DNA from: Rotaria socialis | Lineage: Eukaryota | Reading direction: 5' to 3' | Length of the DNA: 64,000 bases | Assembly: GCA_905331295.1 (NCBI GenBank) | Contig: CAJNYD010000256.1 | Coordinates: forward strand, 62,001-126,000 | Part shown: positions 55,919 to 64,000 of the stretch, one piece after another | Position numbering within the stretch: position 1 is the first letter of the stretch | Layout: each line of letters begins with the position of its first letter | Program-made: the position numbers and the translations under genes | Notes under the pieces: model-generated | What the model was told of the DNA's origin: nothing | Databases searched by the model: none | The model's input: only the letters and a program-made list of their open reading frames with translations

Positions 55919-57449
55919 TAAATTCATTCTATTATTATTTTTTGAATGCTGGCCATTCATTTAAGTTTTATTTTTTTTTTCTTCTGTACCCACACTTCAT
56001 GACATATACATGTTTATTTCTATTCATCATAATTATATCAAGCAGAGTATATACATATTACTATATTGAAGGTTTGTTTTTGTAGAAAATGCTGGTACAT
56101 TCTTTTGTCGTCTTTTTTTATATTATGCATTCAATTAAAAATAAATCTGTTAAAAACTTCATTAAACTTCTTTCTATACGAAATTTTATTTGCCGAGAAA
56201 TATTCATATTTCATTGTGAGAGATTATCAAAGTAGGATGTGTTATTGTGTACAAATAAAGTAGAAAGATGGAATAAGTACGAAAAATTTTCACTTGAAGT
56301 TTTTATTTCAAATTAGAAAGGTTTTCAATTTAAAACAAAACATAGAAGAAAACTGCACACAAATCTATTTTTTATTAATGTAATTTGTATTTTATAGTAG
56401 ATTACGACTCTTTTTAATGTTTGATTTATATCATCTTAACATCTATTGATAGATTATTCCTATATACTCAAAAATAAAAAAGAACCATTTCTTAAAAGTA
56501 GCATCGTATTCTCTCAAAGAATTGTAGCTAATATAATATCCATAGTTCAAAGTATTTTTTTGAAAAATGAGCACATCTAGTGAGCTCATTTTTACAATAA
56601 TTCCTAAGAAACATAAGTTTTGCAAACATGACATGTAATGTTTATATTTTTAGTATGATGTGCTATACACTTGTGGGCAACGTTCCATACAAATCCTACG
56701 CGTTGCATTAAATATTGATTTTGAACAAGAAATCAATCTTACTAGAATGTCGTCCAGGCTATTCTAAATAATTTAAATAGGTTCTTTTCTTTTATAGTTA
56801 CATGTGTAAAGCTTGTTTTTATTTTCAGTACCATGAATTAGTATTTTCATTACAATTCATACAATATGTTTTGATTTAAAACAATAAATACTTCATTAAT
56901 AATTAATACGCTTTAGTGATGAAGTAATATTTTAGAAAAATAGTCCTATTGGTATTTTACCGAACAATCTCTTATACGGTCTGATATCAATTTACTTTGT
57001 TTTATATTCAGTTTTTACGAATATATTTTACTCATCATTTGTATCGAATGAACGTGTAGAAACTTTGATAAATAACATGCCAGTGTATTGTTCTTAAGCT
57101 ACGAGTTTTGAAGTTTTTCAGAATTTCAAAATATTTTAGCGATACTAAGAGAACTAGACATTCATTGAAAAGGAGAAGCATTGATTACAATCATTCTTTT
57201 GATAGTGATATTTTGTGTTCTGTTTTTCAAATCAAATTGTTGAATGCTATACTAACGCAAGACAAAAAAAGATTCTATTAAAATCTATTCTTGTATCGAC
57301 AGCAACTTTTACTATCATAGTAGGATAGTTTTTATTTTCAAAACGATAATAGCATTTATTATTCTTTTTAGCTATTGCATTTTCTATACCATCGATTACT
57401 TTCTTGTCAAATAAGAATAAAAAAAAGCAAACATTTGAAAATTGTTTCC

Positions 57450-58621
57450 TTATGATTGACTGAACGGATGATTTCTAATTGTCTGTATATCAGCTCGTGT
57501 ATGAGGACTAAGTACTAAGGTACGACGAAGTAGATCATTAAGAGCAGGATCTGGAAAAGTAGGTAGTCCACGCGGAGGATTTGCTGCAAATTGATGATAC
57601 ATTGGCGGTACACCATAAACCATAAAATAAAGAATAGCACCCAATGACCAAATGTCTGCTTTTGGTCCATAAGATCGTTGCAAACCAGGAATATCTTGCA
57701 TTATTTCCGGTGCACTTTTAATAGAAATTCAGACATAAATATCTCCAGTAATTAGTTACGACTTACCTAAAGAATGGAGTACCCATTCGGGCTTGACTAT
57801 TTTCAAAAAACGAAATTCAGCATAATTTTTGAATTGAAGAAATAAAAATTCCTTTTTACCCTAATGCTTCACTTTTTTTTGATATACCTAAATCAGCTAT
57901 TTTAAGTGTTGGTCCAAATAAAATTAAATTATCCGGTTTTAAATCCATATGAACAATTCTATTTGCATGTAATGTACCAACAATATTAACCATTTGATTC
58001 CAAAATGCTTTGATCATCATGAGGTCTATTGATGGACCCTGACCTCTCGTCATACCACGTAGTCGTTTGATTAATGTCGATAAAGTTTCTCCACCTAATT
58101 CCATAACAATATAGGCTGCAGAAAAATAAAAGAAAAATATTTTGTTTTGAATTGAAAACACTTTGCGACTTACCAGTTCCGGATGCAGCATCAAAATCAA
58201 AATCATGAATGACAACAACGTGACGTGACTCTTGTCGTAATCGTTCAAGATTCTGAACTTCATTTAGATAAACTTGAACAAGGTTTCGAGTACGATCAGG
58301 AGGTAAATTAGTTAAATGAATCACTTTCACAGCTACTGGCATACCGTGTGAAGCTCTTGCTGCATAAACAGAACCTAAAATTTGGAAATAAAAATAAAAA
58401 AAGATAATCTTTCGTTCTTATTATTAACAAATTATATTTATCTTACCGAAACCGCCAGAGCCTAAACGTCGTTGAAATGCGTACGGGCGACCATGAATTA
58501 AAACAACTCTACCAACCAAACTATCGTCATTGGACAGACGACTGAGAAGATCTAGAGAAATTGAACATTGAATAAAATTTCATCGGCATCATGTTAAATA
58601 CTCACTCAATATGCCACCCAT
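57450..58621 (-). CDS. Ser/Thr protein kinase, kinase domain only, Mps1/TTK-like
   Basis: MGGIL|NLLSRL...LGSGGFG|SVY...VAVK...YLNEV...AYIVMELG...FWNQMVNIVGTLHANRIVHMDLKPDN...KIADLGISK...GTPFF|SAPE...KADIWSLGAILYFMVYGVPP. W-x-QM, DLKPxN and ILY-x-MVYG-x-PP are TTK-like. Confidence 0.85.
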
Positions 58622-58978
58622 GTTGATATGTTTTCAGTCGTCTTACAGTCGTCCGATTATTTCTGTCTTTTTTTCTTTCCGCTGAATATGAAATAGATGT
58701 GGCTGTACAACGAGTAATATACACCAACAATATGTATCAAGGACAAGAAAAAAATAAACCCGTGTTCCACATGAGTGAGCCATGCATATTTTTAAGGACG
58801 CAGGTGGGGATATAAATCATGTTTTGTCGTGATCCTTGAAGATTTAAAGCTCCATTTTATAAAAAAACAGAGATAAAAGCTTGAAATTAAATAATTTTAC
58901 AGCTTGAAAGGCGTCAATATTCTCTTTATCATTATTTTACTGGGATACGGAATAATACCATATAAAAAAAACAATCTT

Positions 58979-59017
<39 letters not shown>

Positions 59018-59772
59018 TAGTTTATATGATTAATTAAATAGGATAGCGTACAAATACTAGGTTTTGTTTTCATTTCATATTCATAGTCATATATGTTCTG
59101 AATAGGCCGTAAGCATCGTTAAGTTTTAATCATGAATGATGATGTACTATTGATTTTGTTTTCATGAGATTACGGAATGTATTTTGAATCAGTTTCTGCT
59201 GCTAGAAATTTTAACCAATATCCTACTGTCACCAGTATAGATGCTTGATTACTTCCTTTATATAAACCTGTCAACATTTGGTAATCAACTTGATTTAATC
59301 TCGTATATAAAATCATTTGTTTTCATTCACACAACTAATAATATAAATTACTTTTATGCAAAGAATAGCAAAAAAATATATTTTGACATTTTCGTATATA
59401 ATAATGTGTCATTATCGTGGTGTTTCTTTTTCCCTAGGTTTTACTAAAGCAGACCACCTTTGTAGAAAGAAAGAAAAAGAACATACAAATGAATGACTAA
59501 AGCTGAACTTGACGTTTTTTCACTTCAGGGAAGATTCTGTATTGATACATATGCATATTATTCGGTTGTTTTTTTGTCGATTAAATGTATTCACAAGCAA
59601 GTAAGTTTGGAGAAGAAATTTTACTTTTTCTCGTTCTTCTCATTTTCTATCTGTCATTGACATGCCTTACTATCGTGTTGGAAGTGCTGCTCAGTATTCA
59701 ATCAAGATCGAGCTAATTTTTTTCGTATCCTTACTCACGTGATATCAACTATACAATTTACCATTTTAGATT

Positions 59773-60600
59773 ATGGGAGAATATAAGTTAGTCATATTGG
59801 GAAGCGGTGGTGTTGGCAAAAGTGCATTAACTGTACAATTTGTTGAAGGTAAATTTATTGGTAAATATGATCCAACAATAGAAGACTGCTATCGTAAAGT
59901 AAGCATTAATTTCTTTAAGTATGCAATATAAATAAAAAATATATTGATGTTTTCGTTTATAGCAAATAGAAATTGATGGGGTTGACTGTATGCTTGAAAT
60001 CCTTGATACAGCTGGCACGGTAAATACAAGAAAATATTTCCATAGGATAACAACCTGTATTTTTATTTATTTTTAGGAACAATTTACAGCAATGAGAGAT
60101 TTATATATGAAAAATGGTCAAGGCTTTGTTCTTGTTTATTCAATAACATCACAAGCAACATTTAATGATCTCCTTGATTTGAAAGATCAAATAATGCGTG
60201 TTAAAGACATAGGTACTAATATACCAATGGTATTGGTTGGCAATAAATGTGATCTTGAAGATGAACGAGTTGTTGGAAGGCATCATGGGGAATCGTTGGC
60301 TCGTTCATTTGGTTGTACATTTCTTGAAGCATCAGCTAAGTTAGAAACTAATGTTAACGAAGTAAGATATTTGTTATTTCAAATAGATTTTATTGATTTT
60401 TCTATGTGCTTACATAGATTTTCTTTGATTTAATTCGACAAATAAGCAGACAAAGTCAACGACCAAAACAATCGAAACAAAGTTCATCACGTGAAAATAC
60501 TCAAACAGAACAATATAGTGGATGTGTGCAAAATTATTCGTCATCACATCCTGATGATCGATCAACCGGTCATATGAGAGACTGTTGTGTTCTTTTATAA
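59773..60600 (+). CDS. rap1: Rap1-like small GTPase, copy A (4 coding exons)
   Basis: [65 protein letters not shown]-terminal CCVLL CAAX. T at position 61 is Rap-diagnostic. Confidence 0.92.
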
Positions 60601-61590
60601 AAAAAAAAAGAAAAACATAAAAATTTAAATTTAAAATTTTTTTTGGTCTTCACTCTTGGTAGCAGTCTACGTTCATGTTGTTCGACTATAATTAAAATTT
60701 TAGTTGAAAATTCTATAACCTTTTCAAACGCCAGTTGTAAATTTTAATTTCAGCTATGCAAAAAAAGACTTTTACTAAAATTTCTCGAGAAAATGATAAG
60801 TATTTCAATGAGAGAATAAAATTGCTTTGTTATAATAATTCGTATGAATATGAAATCCATCAAATACATACTAAAAAGGAAAACAGGTTACATGTCATAT
60901 GATTGAAAATGAATAATTCCATCATTTTAAAAACGAATAAAAGATAATTTTCTTGTAAATTTCTCAAAAATTGTATCGTATCATATAACCAAATAAATCA
61001 AGCTTTCATCTCTTCGTTGCACAATAAGAGCAAATCAATGAATAAAAAAAATCTACCAATGACTTTGTATTGTGTTTATGTAATAATCAGTAGAGTTTTT
61101 CAATTCATGTCTCACACAAAGTGAAAGTAAAAAAAGTAACCTATTTTACTAGGTTTTCTGTTTTTCATTGAGAGTTTGACTAGAGGTGAATCAACTGTTC
61201 GACGAAATTCGCTATAATTAGTATGACGGAACTCTAAATAGAGACATGATTTTCAAACAAAGAACATGCACTGATTCACGAATATTTCTTCCCAATAATA
61301 ATGAATCATCCGTATTGAAATCTCATTTTTCTCTTTCCCTTTTTCTTTTCGTACACATTCAATTATGTCTGCCAAGAATATTCTTGTCATCAGAACGATA
61401 AAGTATATTTTTTTACAAAGTAACATAGAAGCACAATCAACATCGTAAAGCGCATACATTAAAACAGAAGGCAGGGCGTTGTTAACGGGAGAGAAAAAAG
61501 GAAGAAAATTATTTTTTTTTCGTGAATTCGTCAAACAGAGCAACATTTATATTCGAGTGACAGTTTATTCCTATAAGAAAAAATTTGACA

Positions 61591-62548
61591 ATGTCCGAGT
61601 ACAAATTATGTGTTTTTGGATCCGGTGGTGTTGGTAAATCATGTCTCGTAAGAAAACAGGATACAATAGCTGCTAATTTTTAATCTGTCCTTGGATTTTT
61701 ATTTGCTAGACTATGCAATTTGTTCAAGGTATTTTCATGTCAAAATATGATCCAACTATCGAAGATGTTTATAAAAAAGTATTATTTTGATTTTTTTGTC
61801 TTGATGTTATCCTATATTTCTGAATTGAATCTAGACTGTTGAAATTGACGGAAGACAATATTCATTAGAAATTCTTGATACTGCTGGAACAGTAAAAAAC
61901 GCAATTTGAATCATATATCTATTTAAAAAATGCATTTATTGATTTTTTAGGAAGATTTTTCAGCGATGAGAGACTTATATGTAAAAAACAGTCATGGATT
62001 TGTTCTTGTCTATTCAATAACATCTCAAGCAACATTCAATGATTTAGATGAGTTCTATAATCGAATCGTACAAATAAAAGACATTGAACTCCATGTATAG
62101 TTAAAATACAAAAGAGTGATTGCATTGATTTCAGATTTGCTTTTTTTTTCTAGGGTCCACCACCATTGGTTCTTGTTGGAAATAAGAATGACTTAGACGA
62201 AGAACGCGTTGTTCAACGGCAAGTTGGACAAGAATTAGCAAGAAGATGGAAATGCACGTTTCTTGAGGCATCAGCTAAACATCAACTAAATGTTAATGAA
62301 GTAATGGAACCAAAAATTAAGTTTTATTTTCCGATAATGTTGTTTGCGTATATTTTTTTTAGATCTTCTATGATCTTGTTCGACAGATAAATAAAGCAGC
62401 CAATAAACCAGGTGGTCGTCATCACCGAGACCCTACAGGAGGATATAAACCAACACGACCAGCACGGCCAGTTAACCCTAATCCACACGCTAATCCCCCA
62501 CAAGGTGGAAAAAGAGGACACAAAAAGGAAAAATGTATTTTACTCTGA
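61591..62548 (+). CDS. rap1: Rap1-like small GTPase, copy B (6 coding exons)
   Basis: [57 protein letters not shown], Pro-rich linker, polybasic [16 protein letters not shown]. Confidence 0.9.
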
Positions 62549-64000
62549 ACTATATTTTCTCTTGAAACTTTTCATTTAAATTCAAAAAGTAAACACTTTT
62601 TTTCTATAAATACTAGTAATAACTAATGAATGCTGCTATTCATAGTCTCTATTAATATAATCATTATTTTACATTGATCACTTGATTATATTAAGATAAA
62701 TCGCGATCACTAGAGCAAAACTTATTATGGACTCAATAGTCTTGAATGCTTTCATAATAAAAATTCAGTAGTATTATTAGAACTCTTATTCACCGAAACG
62801 AACGTGGTCAATGCATAATCTGCTTAAAAATTTCTATTACTTCACTGTATTGGCTTAACATCATGTTTTCCCTATTCAACAAAAAAGTAATAGGGACACA
62901 ATTGCCCTCAGCATGATCGCCATCTTTGAAATATTTACAGTGAAGGTTATATGTGAAATAATATGCAAGATTACGATTTTTCGCGACATTTTTTTTTCTT
63001 GAAAAATTCATCATTCTAGGCTAAGCAGATTATAGTCTATAGAAGATTCAACCATTGAAACAGAATAAACGAGTCAGATTTTAGCTTCCATGAAAGAGAT
63101 CACACATTATTTAGTACAGTCTGAATATCCGAAGGCTTGATAAGAATACCTACGTTTTGCAAAGAAATGTTTTCTATTAAAAAACTAATTCCATATGCGA
63201 TCTGAATCCCATTACTATATGTTTACTTCAAAGTTTAAGGTACGATTCTTACGATTACCGTAATGAATCTTTAACAGAACATATGATCAATACCTATTTT
63301 AAAAATCAGCTTTATTATTAGAAACCTTAAATAAAGTCTGTAGATGACAATTATTCATGAGTTTTTCGATTAGAATTACTTCTGAAACTTCATGTCAAAA
63401 GTAGCACTTCTTCTATAAGAGTAGTTAATGGTATCAACATTGTGCTGAGATCGTTGCTTGAATTTATTACTAGATGTATTCAGCAAAACAATCTGTCGTT
63501 ATAATACTGAAACTCTCAATTTAAATTCAATTAATCTTTTGGCACTTGCAATCCATCTTTAGCAGTTATAATTATTTGAAGTACTTGTGCCTAATAAAAT
63601 GATACTGAGTATATAAACTATCGTCAATAAGACCAGCAAGTATTTGTTACTGACAATCAAAAAGTGAACTGGTTTGTCATTGTTTTTTTCTAATAAAAAT
63701 GAGACTGAATTGTAGACAAAGATAGACAGTATTTTTCCTCATGACTGAAACTATGTATTTATGGTTGATTAAATCAAAATATTTCTATTAAAAATTTCGC
63801 GTGTTCAAGTCACTGTACACCGCCAAAACAGTTAATGGTTCGTTTATCGGTGAACTGAATATTAGTACAGAGCTTCTTAAATATCAGTGTAAATCGCCTG
63901 ATGACTCACACGTTTTTGTTTCTATCCCTGGAAACGTTCTATTCTACTATTGAAGTCATCAATGAAAATGTTCAAATATACTTGAATTAACAGTTCATTA

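Noticed and set aside
63898..63945. CTGATGA...GAAAC as a Penelope-type hammerhead ribozyme
   Set aside because: No convincing stem II, and stem I/III pairing with a correctly placed cleavage triplet could not be built.

Overview
AT-rich, intron-dense animal genomic DNA with short GT-AG introns. Gene and transposon content suggest a bdelloid rotifer (inference only). Genes, left to right: the 3' end of an unknown gene; a catalytically dead DPP6/DPP10-like gene (-) with several candidate alternative first exons upstream; tyrosine decarboxylase (-); a small DEP-domain-only DEPDC1-like gene (-) missed by the ORF track; a Fuseless-family membrane protein (-); a RasGRP/CalDAG-GEF (+); a kinase-domain-only Mps1/TTK-like kinase (-); and two tandem, diverged Rap1-like GTPases (+). 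Mobile DNA: a hAT MITE; a three-level nest (Tc1-type shell > maT-like mariner > CCC-MITE); a deleted AcademX-like element with a 3-bp TSD; four CCC/CC-ended MITEs with 2-bp TSDs; and a 1.7-kb foldback with ~480-bp arms. All gene models were spliced and translated by eye. Boundaries are approximate and no database searches were run. No CRISPR, rRNA or tRNA was seen.
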